IMG/VR virus record: IMGVR_UViG_3300025071_000009 | DNA from: an uncultured virus (IMG/VR IMGVR_UViG_3300025071_000009) | Taxonomy: Duplodnaviria > Heunggongvirae > Uroviricota > Caudoviricetes | Strand: one strand, 5' to 3' | DNA length: 64,000 bases | Shown: in pieces, positions 1 through 9,991 of the stretch | Numbering within the stretch: the first letter of the stretch is position 1 | Layout of the letters: each line of letters begins with the position of its first letter | Notes under the pieces: model-generated | What the model saw: the letters and a program-made list of their open reading frames with translations, nothing else | What the model was told of the DNA's origin: nothing | The model's database searches: none | Translations under genes and position numbers: made by a program

Positions 1-2059
1 TTACGTCCGAACCCATTTTGGTCAGTTCCTGCATAGCTCCTCTAAACTTCGTTGCGATTCCTGAGAAGTCCGCATTTCCAATATCAGCCATTGCTTTGAT
101 TGTATCGGAGCCTTCACTGACCATTTTCGCATTTGATTCCGCCATTTTTGCCTTGCTATCCGCCATGCTAGCTAAGGTCATTGCGATTCCACCACCAGCT
201 AATACAAGAGCACCCAAGACGCCAGCGCCAATTCCAGTTGCAGCAACAGCAGTCACTGCGGCAGTCGCAGTAGCAATTCCTGCTCCAATACCTGCGATGG
301 CTGGGCCAATTGCTGCTAGACCAGCCATCAAACCTCCACCGACTGCGAAGAGTGGCGCAATCACCAAGATACCAGAGATAGCCAACGCTGCGGTCCCAAG
401 AGCTTCTTTTGTTTCTTTGCTCATATTTTGGAATGCGTCCGTTAGATAATCGGCGATCTCCCCAAGTTTCTCTAGGGCAGGTTGGACCATTATGATTAAT
501 TCTGTTGCGAGATTCTGGAACTTATCCATTGTCTTGACGGTTCCCTGAACTGCATCGTCAAATTTTTGTTGTGCTGCAGCGTTGTTTTCCATCTCGGCAG
601 CATTTGCTTCATAGTCAGCAAGGCTCATTGAAAAGATCCTATTTGCCTCGTTCATATCTGTGATACCTGCTGCGGCAGCAATTGATTTTTGAGTGAACCT
701 GTCCATTTCTCCAAATGCTATACCTTGTGCTTGAACTTGTTGCACAAGAGTCTTCATTCTCTCATCTTCCGTCATCATCAACATTTGAGTTGTAGACAAT
801 TGAGTACCAAGTAGTGCGTTGAAGTGTGCTGCGCCTTCTGCAGCTCCGGAGAATGTGTCAAACTTTTGAACGATCCCGAGCAAAGTTCCAACTTCAACCC
901 CTGCAGCCTTAGCTTGAGCAGCCAAGCCTTTGAATACTTTGATCGAACCCTTTCCATATACAGCAAGCGTCTTTGATGCTGCGTTGAAGTCTTTAACGAT
1001 CTTATCTGCACCAATACCCAGTTGAACACCAGCCATTGCTAGTTCTGTTTGAGTTTCGATTGCTTCAGTCGCACCCATGCCCATTATTTTAAATGCGTTC
1101 TCCATGAACTCTGCTGTATCTGAGGCACTAACTCCAAGTTTTTCCATTTGTGAAGTGGAAATTGCTAAGTCTGTCTGAGTCTGCTTTGATAGCTTGGCGA
1201 ATTGAGATGTCCCCGCATTTAAGGCAATGATCGCATTTGCTGCACCATCCATCGAAACGCCAAGCAGGTTTCCTGCTCTCTGTGTGTCGTAGAGTACATC
1301 GTTAAATTTACCGACAGTTCCAGTTTTTGCTGCTAATGTCGCAAGACCAGCGTCAAATGCGTTTAAAACTTTCATTGATTCGGAGAAGATTTTGCTTCCG
1401 ATGTTCATTGCGATATTTTGTAGTGAAAACATTGTCTTGAATTTAGCTTTAAAATCATCCAATGCAGCAAGTCCATCAGCCGAGGTGTCTTGAAACAATC
1501 TAAAAGTGCTTTCCATTTTTCCTACAAAGCTGTTGCTAAACTTGTCGGTAAGGCCAACAAGGCTGCCCATACCATCAACAAGATCTGATACACTCCTCTT
1601 GTGTTCTTCTGATAAATCATTAATCCTTGCTTGCTCCAAGGAGACTTCGTTATATTTTTCGATTAGAGTATCAAAATCAGCACCGAACCGACCAGTCAGA
1701 GAACCAATCTCTTCCCCTGCCTTTATTGCTTCTTTGAGGTTATGCAATGCTGACTTCTGGTTGGCCTCGGTTACTTCCTCCAAGCCCTGTTTTTGAGCCA
1801 ACAATAACAACTCAGCATTTATCATCTTTGCTTCTTGCTCTCTAGCAGCAGTATGGTCCTGCATTGCTTTGGCGGACTGCATTAGAAGTTTGGCTCTAGA
1901 CTTTTCTAGTTCAAGCGCCATCTCACTCGCCTCAGTATCGATACCTGACGATGCCCCGCCTTTGGAACCCCATGCTTTTTTGGCTTCTTTGGTGAGATCT
2001 TTATCATCGGAAATTCCTTTGATAATCGCCATCAGCTGTTCTTTTGTGTATGTCGCCAT
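1..2059 (-). CDS. Tape measure protein (runs off the window start; absent from the ORF track)
   Basis: Open frame from ATG at 2059 (MATYTKEQLMAIIKG...) to the window edge. Ala/Gly-rich helical sequence with a long hydrophobic segment (LAISGILVIAPLFAVGGGLMAGLAAIGPAIAGIGAGIA). Lies directly downstream of the tube and chaperone-like genes. Confidence 0.8.
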   Translation of the reverse strand, partial: MATYTKEQLMAIIKGISDDKDLTKEAKKAWGSKGGASSGIDTEASEMALELEKSRAKLLMQSAKAMQDHTAAREQEAKMINAELLLLAQKQGLEEVTEANQKSALHNLKEAIKAGEEIGSLTGRFGADFDTLIEKYNEVSLEQARINDLSEEHKRSVSDLVDGMGSLVGLTDKFSNSFVGKMESTFRLFQDTSADGLAALDDFKAKFKTMFSLQNIAMNIGSKIFSESMKVLNAFDAGLATLAAKTGTVGKFNDVLYDTQRAGNLLGVSMDGAANAIIALNAGTSQFAKLSKQTQTDLAISTSQMEKLGVSASDTAEFMENAFKIMGMGATEAIETQTELAMAGVQLGIGADKIVKDFNAASKTLAVYGKGSIKVFKGLAAQAKAAGVEVGTLLGIVQKFDTFSGAAEGAAHFNALLGTQLSTTQMLMMTEDERMKTLVQQVQAQGIAFGEMDRFTQKSIAAAAGITDMNEANRIFSMSLADYEANAAEMENNAAAQQKFDDAVQGTVKTMDKFQNLATELIIMVQPALEKLGEIADYLTDAFQNMSKETKEALGTAALAISGILVIAPLFAVGGGLMAGLAAIGPAIAGIGAGIATATAAVTAVAATGIGAGVLGALVLAGGGIAMTLASMADSKAKMAESNAKMVSEGSDTIKAMADIGNADFSGIATKFRGAMQELTKMGSDV

Positions 2060-2092
2060 GTGTTGTCCCTCGTTATTCCCTAATTAGCTTCG

Positions 2093-2131
2093 AAAAACAA
2101 AAACCCAAAGGACGTTACCGTCTCTTTTGGG
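2093..2131 (-). terminator. Intrinsic terminator
   Basis: Sense CCCAAAAGAGACG-GTAA-CGTCCTTTGGG followed by TTTTTGTTTTT, overlapping the stop of 2115..2282. Confidence 0.65.
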
Positions 2132-2282
2132 CTTTCTTTATTTCCTTGGCTTCTTCTTCGAACTGTTTTTTCATTCTTTCAACAAACCAACTCCTCAAAC
2201 CGATTGGAAGATTGTATGCTTCGGTCAATGACCAGCCTCCAAAGTGTTTCAAAATGAAGAACTGTTCATAGACTCCTTCCAT
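2115..2282 (-). CDS. Small gp51-like baseplate hub/tail assembly chaperone (possibly the C-terminal part of a frameshift product)
   Basis: MEGVYEQFFILKHFGGWSLTEAYNLPIGLRSWFVERM matches the pattern of small ORFs that follow gp26-like genes. No SD before the ATG at 2282, and the frame is open back through the T7 run. Confidence 0.6.
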   Translation of the reverse strand: MEGVYEQFFILKHFGGWSLTEAYNLPIGLRSWFVERMKKQFEEEAKEIKKAQKRR

Positions 2283-2286
2283 GAAC

Positions 2287-3120
2287 TTAGATGTTAGGCC
2301 AAAAAAAGTCCGTTCCAAAAGGAACGTCGACCTCCTGCTCGTTAGAGCAACTCTTGCAAGTAAGAGTCTGTGCGATTCTGACGCTTGTAGTACAACTTCT
2401 CAAGCATTTCTTAAAATGTGTAGCATCGGATACGATCATGTTGTCAACGTAAGAGTGGATCACTTCTTCTTCTATGAAGTTCTCAACTGACTTGATCATC
2501 TTCTTGTATTGTTCCACTGCGCCATATTCAACTGTTTTACCTTGAATGGCCATTTCCATGATTCTATTTTCGTCTTCGCCATTTGCGAGCCTAAACTTAA
2601 CCGTGAACTTTGTGCCCGGCATCTTTGTTTGGTATAGTCCATTTCCAAAGTACTGAACAATGTTCATTCCTTCTTCGTCAAGACCACCTTCGATCTTTGG
2701 CGACATCAGATCAAACGTCATCATGTTCTTGGTTGCGCACTTGGGACAGTTAACTATGGCGTCGTAATTCGCCCCGTAAGCCGTCGCACGAGCTTTGATG
2801 AGTATTGCGTTGCGATCACACACAAGAAGACTTAGAGGGTCAATCTCGGTGTCTACAATGATGTTTTGAAGTACTCTCTCTAGTGCGATCCCTTTTCTTA
2901 TAAGAGATTGGTTTGAAAGCGTGTCTTCATCTTTTGCGGTCATGAATTTAATCTCAACAAAGTCAATCCCGTTTAGAGGATGGTCTTCTGGATATCCCTG
3001 ACCTTTTGATGGAAGGTCAACGACCTCCGTTGGAGCCACAAAATTTAATGGACTCATTGGTGAAGCATCTGAGTGCTCTGGTTTATTGTCTGATCCCAGA
3101 CGGTTGGAATTTCTTCCCAT
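2287..3120 (-). CDS. T4 gp26-like baseplate hub assembly protein / tail chaperone
   Basis: LPSKG, MTAKDEDTL, DRNAILIKARATAYG, CPKC...CKSC zinc pairs and C-terminal FFWP. Located between tail tube and tape measure. Confidence 0.7.
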   Translation of the reverse strand: MGRNSNRLGSDNKPEHSDASPMSPLNFVAPTEVVDLPSKGQGYPEDHPLNGIDFVEIKFMTAKDEDTLSNQSLIRKGIALERVLQNIIVDTEIDPLSLLVCDRNAILIKARATAYGANYDAIVNCPKCATKNMMTFDLMSPKIEGGLDEEGMNIVQYFGNGLYQTKMPGTKFTVKFRLANGEDENRIMEMAIQGKTVEYGAVEQYKKMIKSVENFIEEEVIHSYVDNMIVSDATHFKKCLRSCTTSVRIAQTLTCKSCSNEQEVDVPFGTDFFWPNI

Positions 3121-3131
3121 TATACCTCCAA

Positions 3132-3617
3132 TTATTCAAAAGTGGCGTAGTCGTAGGCCACTTCTATTGTTATTTCTGTTATGTCATCACTTCCATAGTC
3201 AAGTCTCGAGAAAGACAGCGAAGTCATGAAAGCTCCTTTGACTGTCCATGATTCAACTGGTTCTCCATCGGCATCCAATTGTTGAATTGAGAGTCCTTCA
3301 ATGAATCCTTTGTTAGCTTTTGCCAAGCCTTCCATGGGATCCTCGCTACTAGGGTCTACATATCCTAATTCTCTCAACTCGTCCACTAGTAGGTTGATAA
3401 TATCTCCTACGTCTGCTACAATTAATGAGATGGGTTTCCATGTAGCAATACCGGGATATTTGAATTTGTGATTGATAAGTTGATATTCACTGTTAGAAAT
3501 CTCGAAAGATGGCTTATCAACCGACTTAGCCCACCACCAAGTTGTCTGATCGCCATCTAACAATTTAAATCTAAAGTTTCTTTTAGGTTCAAGACTTGCT
3601 TCCGTCCAAAAGGTCAT
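3132..3617 (-). CDS. Tail tube protein, gp19-like (paralog 2)
   Basis: EPKRNFRF, KYPGIATWKPI, ESWTVKGAF, LDYGSDD...VAYDYA are gp19-family motifs. Confidence 0.85.
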   Translation of the reverse strand: MTFWTEASLEPKRNFRFKLLDGDQTTWWWAKSVDKPSFEISNSEYQLINHKFKYPGIATWKPISLIVADVGDIINLLVDELRELGYVDPSSEDPMEGLAKANKGFIEGLSIQQLDADGEPVESWTVKGAFMTSLSFSRLDYGSDDITEITIEVAYDYATFE

Positions 3618-3629
3618 GTATAGCCTCTA

Positions 3630-4190
3630 TTAGTTGTTAGTCGTGAATTGTGAAGCGCTTCCGTCGCCGTGAGCACATTCAGCCCAGTCATATCGCCAAG
3701 TCATGTCGATTGTTCTCAAGTCATCGTTGTCATAAGATAAGTCAGAAAACGAAACTCCTTTCAACCAAGCATTCTGCAAGGTCCATTCTTCAATCATGTT
3801 ACCTTCTGAATTTAAAATTGTAACGATAACGGATTTGGTAGCAACATTTACAGAATTCTTTTTGGACATTGTAGTCAATGCTCCAGCTACATTAAGATCG
3901 TTAGCGGTCTTAATTTTGAAACCGGCCTTTAAGACGATATCATTGGTTAATTGAGCTGCATTTGGTGAAACTGGGTCCACTAGAGACATGCTGCAATCAG
4001 TCCAAGTCAAGCGACCAGGAAAGTAATACTTGTTGTCCATGAAGTCGTGAGTTGCTTCCGCGATATCGTAAGATGGGGTCTTGAAGTTCTTCGCCCACCA
4101 GATAACAGAGTTGTCCCCAAAACCAGTGATCTCCACTTTAAATCTAAAATTTCTTTTAGGCTCTATCGATGCTTCTGTCCAAAATGACAT
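3630..4190 (-). CDS. Tail tube protein, gp19-like (paralog 1)
   Basis: EPKRNFRF, YFPGRLTW, EEWTLQNAW, LSYDNDD...WRYDWA. Directly follows the sheath gene. Confidence 0.88.
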   Translation of the reverse strand: MSFWTEASIEPKRNFRFKVEITGFGDNSVIWWAKNFKTPSYDIAEATHDFMDNKYYFPGRLTWTDCSMSLVDPVSPNAAQLTNDIVLKAGFKIKTANDLNVAGALTTMSKKNSVNVATKSVIVTILNSEGNMIEEWTLQNAWLKGVSFSDLSYDNDDLRTIDMTWRYDWAECAHGDGSASQFTTNN

Positions 4191-4213
4191 AATGTAATTC
4201 TCCTATTTATTAA

Positions 4214-4221
4214 TAATTAGT
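4214..4221 (-). promoter_or_regulatory. Putative late-promoter motif ACTAATTA
   Basis: Variant of the recurrent ACTAWTTA motif, 24 nt upstream of the tube start. Confidence 0.5.
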
Positions 4222-4226
4222 GTTGA

Positions 4227-7200
4227 TTAAAATTCTACGCCACTTTGAGTGATAACAAAGTCAACAGCGATAAACTCGATCGCACGGGCAGGCTTAACGA
4301 AAACCTTTGCGTACAAAATGTTTCGATCTTGAAGATCTGGGGTTGTGGTGGTCTCATCAAGAACAAGCTTGTATTCAGTAACACCAAATTCAGCCTTAAC
4401 TCCGGAGAGAACGATGTCTGCTTGAGCCTTAAAACGATTCCAAGTTGCTTGGACGTTTTGATCAAACAAGATAGTATCAGCAATATCTCCGATTTCTTTC
4501 TTCAGATAGTTCATCAAACGACGAACGTTGATTCTATCTAATGCAGATGCTGATTGTTGAAGAGTTTTTTGTCCAAAGATCACGGTGTCACCTGTTGCAG
4601 GGAAACGTGCGATTGGATTGATGTTTACTTCGTATAAGCTATCGCGATCAGCTTTAGTTAAGTGTTCGATTGTTCCTAGTACTGCAGGACCTCCAGATCC
4701 ACCAAGAGGGTTTAGTCCACCTCTTTGGAATCCAGCAGGCGCAAACCATGGCTGAGAGTCAGCTTCTGATTTCGCAATCGCTCCAAGAGCAGCTACTGAT
4801 GGTGGAGCTACGATAATAGTTCCATTTCCATTTAAAGTATCAGACAATCGGACATTTGGATAATAAGTCGCAGCATAAGAACTATCTAATCCGGCAGCAT
4901 TTATTTCACCGACAATACCACTGATGGTTTGAGGAGTATCTGTAGTAAGACCATTATCAACTGCAGGTGAAAAAATACCTTCAACATCGATAATTGCTAA
5001 TGCATCACCACGAGCCTCAGTTTGTGAAATCAAGTCTTGATTTACTGAACGGTTTGTAACACCCGGTATAGAGATCAAGTCATAACGAATAACGTCTCTA
5101 TCTGCTACCATGTTAAGCGCAGATTCCATTGAGTATTGAGCGTATCCGCTTGCATCCAACTCAACTTTGTTGAATGGGTTTTGCAACTTAATGTTAAGTC
5201 CGTCAAATCCACCGAAGAATGGTGCGACAAATTGCTTAACACCATCTGTGTCAATAAGTGTAGCAAGTGTTATTACTGGGGTTGAACCAGATTCGAAGAA
5301 ATACTTGCCGCCAAGCTTCTTAACTTCGTCCAAAGTGAACGTGTATGATGCTTCAGACAGTGCATCACCTTCTGCTAAGTGTGGCTGAAATAGAGAGTCT
5401 GCTCTTAATTGACCTAGGTCTCCGAAGTTCTCGTCGCCTTTTTGAGCAGCGTAAGAGAGTCCAAGTAATGCAGTAGAACCATAGTCTCCGTTTCTTATAT
5501 TCGTACCTACTGTTGACAACCCATATTTCGGATAAGAAACAGTTACTGTATCGCCAACTTTGAGTTCGTCAATTAGTTTATTAGACTGACCGTCTGGTAA
5601 GGTATTTTTACCGAAGATCCAATCTTCAGATCTAGCAGCATTGAGTTGTGTAATTGCAACATCGCCAAGATAAGTTCTTGGTCCAACGAATCCAACTGGA
5701 AAGTCAGCTCCGATTGTCGCTGTAGCTGTAGGCATTTCAACTCTGACTAAGTTAGAATTGTTAGTGTATGTACCCGTGGTAATAACTTTTTTGCCATTCC
5801 ATTCTTGATTGATGTTCCCAATTTTCTTTTCGATATAATTCGCATCAGCAGGATTTAAAGTTAAGTTTACAAACTTTTCAATGTATTGAGAAGCCTTCAT
5901 TCCAACACCAGCGATCTCCAAAGAGAATGTAGCATTTGGACTAAGAGCAGTACCGCGACGAATATCTTTGATTCTCACGACGTGATTCTTGTGAAAGTCT
6001 GAGCCTTCTTCTAAAGCTACCAATCTAAACAATTTCTTTTGTGCAGGCTTCGCACCGATAAACCAACCAGACTTTGCTGCTGTGGCTTCGGATTGCCAAT
6101 CAGTGAATTCACCATTTGATCCAGAACGAATCGCTGCTGTGAAAGCAATGAGGTCATTGCTAGCATCTAGTCTATTAACTGCATGTTCAAAGGTCTCGCC
6201 TAAGAAGTAGTTCAAAGCATTAGTACCTGTTCCATCTGCGAACTCTGTAGCATCTGTGTTAAAAACATTTCTGATAAAGTTTGGTGATGCTGAGTCGAAG
6301 TTAAAGGTATATTCTTGTTCAGCGTTAACGCCACCAGATACATGAGCGGTCCAACCACTTGTCCCTTTAACAATAGCGGTTGCTCCATCTTTAGTGATGG
6401 CTGTTCCAAAACGTCCATTACCAGATAATGTGATGTTACTTGCGCTCATGTAAAGAACTGCAGCAAGTGTTCCGCTTAATGCAGCTGTCGTTGGAAGACC
6501 GCCTGTAAACGTTATGACTCCAGAGGCAACTGTGAAGAGCAATGTTCTGCTATACGATATAGTTCGAGTGTTACCAGTGGGGCCGGAAACTGCTTGTGTT
6601 ATGATGAAGAAATCATCTGCAGGATCTGCTTGCACTGCTTCGAAGTCCGCATGATTATTGATAACAGCAACCATCGCAGTTGCCATTTGTGCTCTAGTTC
6701 CACAAATAGTCGGAACAGGTCCTATATCAGTAGCGGCTACTACGGTTGTTTTGAAAGTAAATACAATCCCAACACCAGAAGCATTTTCAATAGTTAAAGT
6801 GTCTCCATCAACGGTTGTTGATCGACCGGTGTCGTCAATAGTTACCGTCACAGAAGCAGCTTGAGTAGCAGGGTTTGTGTTAGATGCGACAAAGATTCCA
6901 ACGGCAGATTGAACTGCGCCAACGGTAGTGATTGCGCCTCCAAGGTTATCCTGAGGAACACTCCAACCAGCTTCATAAGATGCACCAGCTTCTTTAATTC
7001 CAGCTAAGCGAAGGAATTTAACAGGGCCAACTCCAGCAGCCAAATAGGCTTGAGCAGCATAGCCAGCATATGAAGGAGCGCCAGTATTACCTTCTCGCCA
7101 TGGATCTTGGCTCTTAACCCCATCCATTGGTCTTCCAAAAACTTCGATAAAGTTTTCCAAACTGTTAACCTTAACAGGTTTCATTGAGGGCCCTTTTCTA

Positions 7201-7310
7201 GATCTACCGATGAGAAGCAATCCATCTTCCTCAGGTACTAGGGTTACTTGTGATTGGTCGATCTCTCTCAGCTCAATTCCGGGAGACGCAAAGTCAAACT
7301 TGGTAGGCAT
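4227..7310 (-). CDS. Contractile tail sheath protein, gp18-like, enlarged by insertions
   Basis: N-terminal FASPGIELREID. C-terminal PWFAPAG, INPIARFP, FGQKTLQ, DRINVRRL, VKPARAIEFIAVDF. Confidence 0.95.
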   Translation of the reverse strand: MPTKFDFASPGIELREIDQSQVTLVPEEDGLLLIGRSRKGPSMKPVKVNSLENFIEVFGRPMDGVKSQDPWREGNTGAPSYAGYAAQAYLAAGVGPVKFLRLAGIKEAGASYEAGWSVPQDNLGGAITTVGAVQSAVGIFVASNTNPATQAASVTVTIDDTGRSTTVDGDTLTIENASGVGIVFTFKTTVVAATDIGPVPTICGTRAQMATAMVAVINNHADFEAVQADPADDFFIITQAVSGPTGNTRTISYSRTLLFTVASGVITFTGGLPTTAALSGTLAAVLYMSASNITLSGNGRFGTAITKDGATAIVKGTSGWTAHVSGGVNAEQEYTFNFDSASPNFIRNVFNTDATEFADGTGTNALNYFLGETFEHAVNRLDASNDLIAFTAAIRSGSNGEFTDWQSEATAAKSGWFIGAKPAQKKLFRLVALEEGSDFHKNHVVRIKDIRRGTALSPNATFSLEIAGVGMKASQYIEKFVNLTLNPADANYIEKKIGNINQEWNGKKVITTGTYTNNSNLVRVEMPTATATIGADFPVGFVGPRTYLGDVAITQLNAARSEDWIFGKNTLPDGQSNKLIDELKVGDTVTVSYPKYGLSTVGTNIRNGDYGSTALLGLSYAAQKGDENFGDLGQLRADSLFQPHLAEGDALSEASYTFTLDEVKKLGGKYFFESGSTPVITLATLIDTDGVKQFVAPFFGGFDGLNIKLQNPFNKVELDASGYAQYSMESALNMVADRDVIRYDLISIPGVTNRSVNQDLISQTEARGDALAIIDVEGIFSPAVDNGLTTDTPQTISGIVGEINAAGLDSSYAATYYPNVRLSDTLNGNGTIIVAPPSVAALGAIAKSEADSQPWFAPAGFQRGGLNPLGGSGGPAVLGTIEHLTKADRDSLYEVNINPIARFPATGDTVIFGQKTLQQSASALDRINVRRLMNYLKKEIGDIADTILFDQNVQATWNRFKAQADIVLSGVKAEFGVTEYKLVLDETTTTPDLQDRNILYAKVFVKPARAIEFIAVDFVITQSGVEF

Positions 7311-7343
7311 TAATTTACTCCTAATAAAATATTATTTTCCTAG

Positions 7344-7351
7344 TAAATAGT
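7344..7351 (-). promoter_or_regulatory. Putative late-promoter motif ACTATTTA
   Basis: Intergenic, about 34 nt upstream of the sheath start. The same octamer precedes many structural genes. Confidence 0.6.
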
Positions 7352-7368
7352 TAAATAAAAGCCCAAAG

Positions 7369-8175
7369 TCATAAATCTCTAAATTTCTCACCCGACTTAT
7401 CCCAAGGTTTACTATCTCCAACAATCACACGCTCTCTTGAGATCTTGACCTCAACTACCGACTCCTTTCTCTGAATGAAAGGTTCGTCGTCATTATGGTC
7501 ATTGCCCGTTAGGTAGCCGAGGATCTTGATGGTCGCTTTCGCTGTGAATATTCTTTCTTCTTCTCCAAGGTTACCGGAGCTTGATGTACCAAAGTCTGAG
7601 TCGATAAACGCTTCATATTTGTATCCACCATTTTGAACGGTGAAGTTTCTTTTTCTCTCGGAAATAAGGAGAGGTAAGATCTGATTCATTTGTTGTTGAT
7701 ATTCTGTTCGGATAAATACTTCAAATGTGCAAGCCACATATACGGGCCTTGGGATTGATATTGTTTCGTAGACAACTTTCTTTGAAGTTGTTGGTCCGGT
7801 ATTGTCTCCGGTCTCTCTACGTCGGTCAGCGTTCTTAAAGTTTTGAGTCTTGTCTTGTTTAATGACTCTCTTTATCATAATCTTGTTATTGTCGAGCTCT
7901 TCCGATTGAACTGCGCCTTTAAAAGCATCATCTTTTGAGACACCAGTTCGTGCGACTGTGATGATTGGAAGCCTTAACTTGCCAACACTATCTCTCAAGT
8001 CTTTGTTGTTTTTTATCTGATAAGCTCTTTCTGAACCAAACCACAATACCTTAACCTTCTCGATGCCCTGATTTGTTCTTACGTGGGCATTAAGTGTCTC
8101 ATCTACAAACCTAAACACAGCAGTGTCTATATTCTCTAATGTTGATGGTACTTCTGGAACTTGACTATCCTGCAT
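7369..8175 (-). CDS. Tail terminator / sheath stabilizer, gp15-like
   Basis: Position between neck and sheath genes. Motifs LRLPIITVAR, PVYVACTFEVFIRTEYQQQMNQI and ILGYL. Confidence 0.65.
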   Translation of the reverse strand: MQDSQVPEVPSTLENIDTAVFRFVDETLNAHVRTNQGIEKVKVLWFGSERAYQIKNNKDLRDSVGKLRLPIITVARTGVSKDDAFKGAVQSEELDNNKIMIKRVIKQDKTQNFKNADRRRETGDNTGPTTSKKVVYETISIPRPVYVACTFEVFIRTEYQQQMNQILPLLISERKRNFTVQNGGYKYEAFIDSDFGTSSSGNLGEEERIFTAKATIKILGYLTGNDHNDDEPFIQRKESVVEVKISRERVIVGDSKPWDKSGEKFRDL

Positions 8176-8650
8176 TGAATACTCCGTCTCTTGCTCTTAT
8201 ACAGTCAGCTGATATCTCAAACCGGCTCTCTGGTTGTCCAAAGAGAAGCTTGGGCTCGTTTAGCTTGACTATCTCATAGTAGATAGATCCAAACCTTACA
8301 AAGTCACCCTCTCGGACAAATAGATTTTGATCTTCAGTCAATCTTCTCTTGTGGAAGTTGACGGTAATTTTTGTCGACTTGTCGAGTGCGATGTTTTCTA
8401 AGTCTGCTGTTTCAACACCATTGTAGGTAACCAAAGCATAAACTCTTATTGGATGCAGAAAGGTCTTTTCTATTGCCTCTCCATATAATGGATGGAATTC
8501 TGTGTTGTCAACGTCGATGGGAAAGTACAGGACTTGTTGACCAACAACTCTCTCGATGATCTCATCGTTGATCTGCTTTACGAGGTTCTTCTCTTTCTCA
8601 CCTAAGAATAAAGGCGCAGGTGGCTGTGCTGGTCTTTCCCATTTACCCAT
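8165..8650 (-). CDS. Neck / head closure protein, gp14-like
   Basis: VGQQVLYFPID, HPLYGEA, VREGDFV...YYEIV, plus synteny. Confidence 0.7.
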   Translation of the reverse strand: MGKWERPAQPPAPLFLGEKEKNLVKQINDEIIERVVGQQVLYFPIDVDNTEFHPLYGEAIEKTFLHPIRVYALVTYNGVETADLENIALDKSTKITVNFHKRRLTEDQNLFVREGDFVRFGSIYYEIVKLNEPKLLFGQPESRFEISADCIRARDGVFNAG

Positions 8651-8655
8651 CTAGA

Positions 8656-9894
8656 TTACCCCACAAAAATCTTTAGCGGAGTCTTTGAGACGATTGCGTC
8701 CATATTGTCCACCATTGCTTTATCTGTCTCGGCAATCTTAGCATAGAGCATTTCATCAAGTTGCTTGTTGAGCTCTTCTCTTAATGTCTGCTGTTCGCTA
8801 GAAGCTTGTCCTAGAAGGTCTGAGGCGTTCAAGGAGACCGTGTCTCCGGGAATAGGTATGCTACCCCCAAACTTACCTCTAACTTGTCCTAGGGTCTCTT
8901 TAGAGAGCGCTAAGGAGAACCTTCTGACCCACTGTTGGCCGATGGAGTTAATCTTATTAAAAGGAATGTTCTCCATAGGCATAGTGTTCATGTTGTTAAC
9001 TCCATCAACACCAGAGTCATATGAGCCAGTAGTGAATGCTTCGTTACCAGTTTCGACAGTAAATCTAAACCAGAACTTTTCTGGGGAAACAGCGTCTGGG
9101 GCTGGATATAGTACTAATCTATTGTCAATCAACTCATACGAATAATGAGATGTCCTTGTATACAAGTGATCTTCATATTGTATAGCTTGAAGCTTGTTTT
9201 GCCAAGGCGGTATTACTTGAAATGATGAATCATCGGCATACTGTCCGTAATTGTGCATATCACCAGTAACGTTTAGGCCACCGTAATATCCATAAAATCT
9301 CCACATTTGTCTCGGAGATATGTAGTATACTTGTCTTATTTTAATTCTCTTATTATCCATTCCAGCCCAAGGCGTTCCCTCCTGAGAGCTAGATACGATA
9401 TGTTGAAGGTCATAGTCTTGTTGTTTTATGACCCTATCAAAGGATGCTGAATAGATTGGTTGAGTACCACCAACCATTGCTTCTGTTGAAAACTTATCTG
9501 CGGCCCTGAAGGCATAGTCGAATTGAAACTTGGGATACTTAAGAGATACCGAGTCTGATCCAGATACTTCGCCCTTATGATCAAAAGACCCTGTAGGGCC
9601 TCCTAGGGCGCTCCCTAAGGCATTTCGTGCTTGATGTAGGTTCACGATATAGGAATACTCTAAACAGGCTTCCTCGTAGTGATTATAGACGTTTTTGTTT
9701 GTGATCTCGATATCAAGAACGTCTCCACCAAGTCTCTTGTATGTGAATGCTACCTGTGCTGCAGCACCTGATAAAAAAGCATCTGATGTGTAAAAACCAA
9801 TCGCTAATGACTCGACAACATCGGCTTCTGTTCCCTTTTCGGATAATACAATAGCTGATAATGTTGATGTTGGTGTAAGATCAGGAAATGACAT
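8656..9894 (-). CDS. Neck / head-tail adaptor protein, gp13-like
   Basis: RLGGDVLDIEI, WVRRFSLALSKETLGQVRGKF, IPGDTVSLNASDL. Located downstream of the major capsid gene. Confidence 0.8.
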   Translation of the reverse strand: MSFPDLTPTSTLSAIVLSEKGTEADVVESLAIGFYTSDAFLSGAAAQVAFTYKRLGGDVLDIEITNKNVYNHYEEACLEYSYIVNLHQARNALGSALGGPTGSFDHKGEVSGSDSVSLKYPKFQFDYAFRAADKFSTEAMVGGTQPIYSASFDRVIKQQDYDLQHIVSSSQEGTPWAGMDNKRIKIRQVYYISPRQMWRFYGYYGGLNVTGDMHNYGQYADDSSFQVIPPWQNKLQAIQYEDHLYTRTSHYSYELIDNRLVLYPAPDAVSPEKFWFRFTVETGNEAFTTGSYDSGVDGVNNMNTMPMENIPFNKINSIGQQWVRRFSLALSKETLGQVRGKFGGSIPIPGDTVSLNASDLLGQASSEQQTLREELNKQLDEMLYAKIAETDKAMVDNMDAIVSKTPLKIFVG

Positions 9895-9913
9895 ATAAAA
9901 CCCTCCGTCATTG

Positions 9914-9921
9914 TAAATAGT
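9914..9921 (-). promoter_or_regulatory. Putative late-promoter motif ACTATTTA
   Basis: Immediately downstream of a terminator and 20 nt upstream of the neck gene start. Confidence 0.6.
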
Positions 9922-9927
9922 TTAATT

Positions 9928-9962
9928 AAAAGTAAACCTCCGAACACCAAGGTATTCAGAGG
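9928..9962 (-). terminator. Intrinsic terminator
   Basis: Sense CCTCTGAATACC-TT-GGTGTTCGGAGG followed by TTTACTTTT. Confidence 0.6.
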
Positions 9963-9991
9963 AAAGGAGGTTAAAATGAAACTTAATTATT

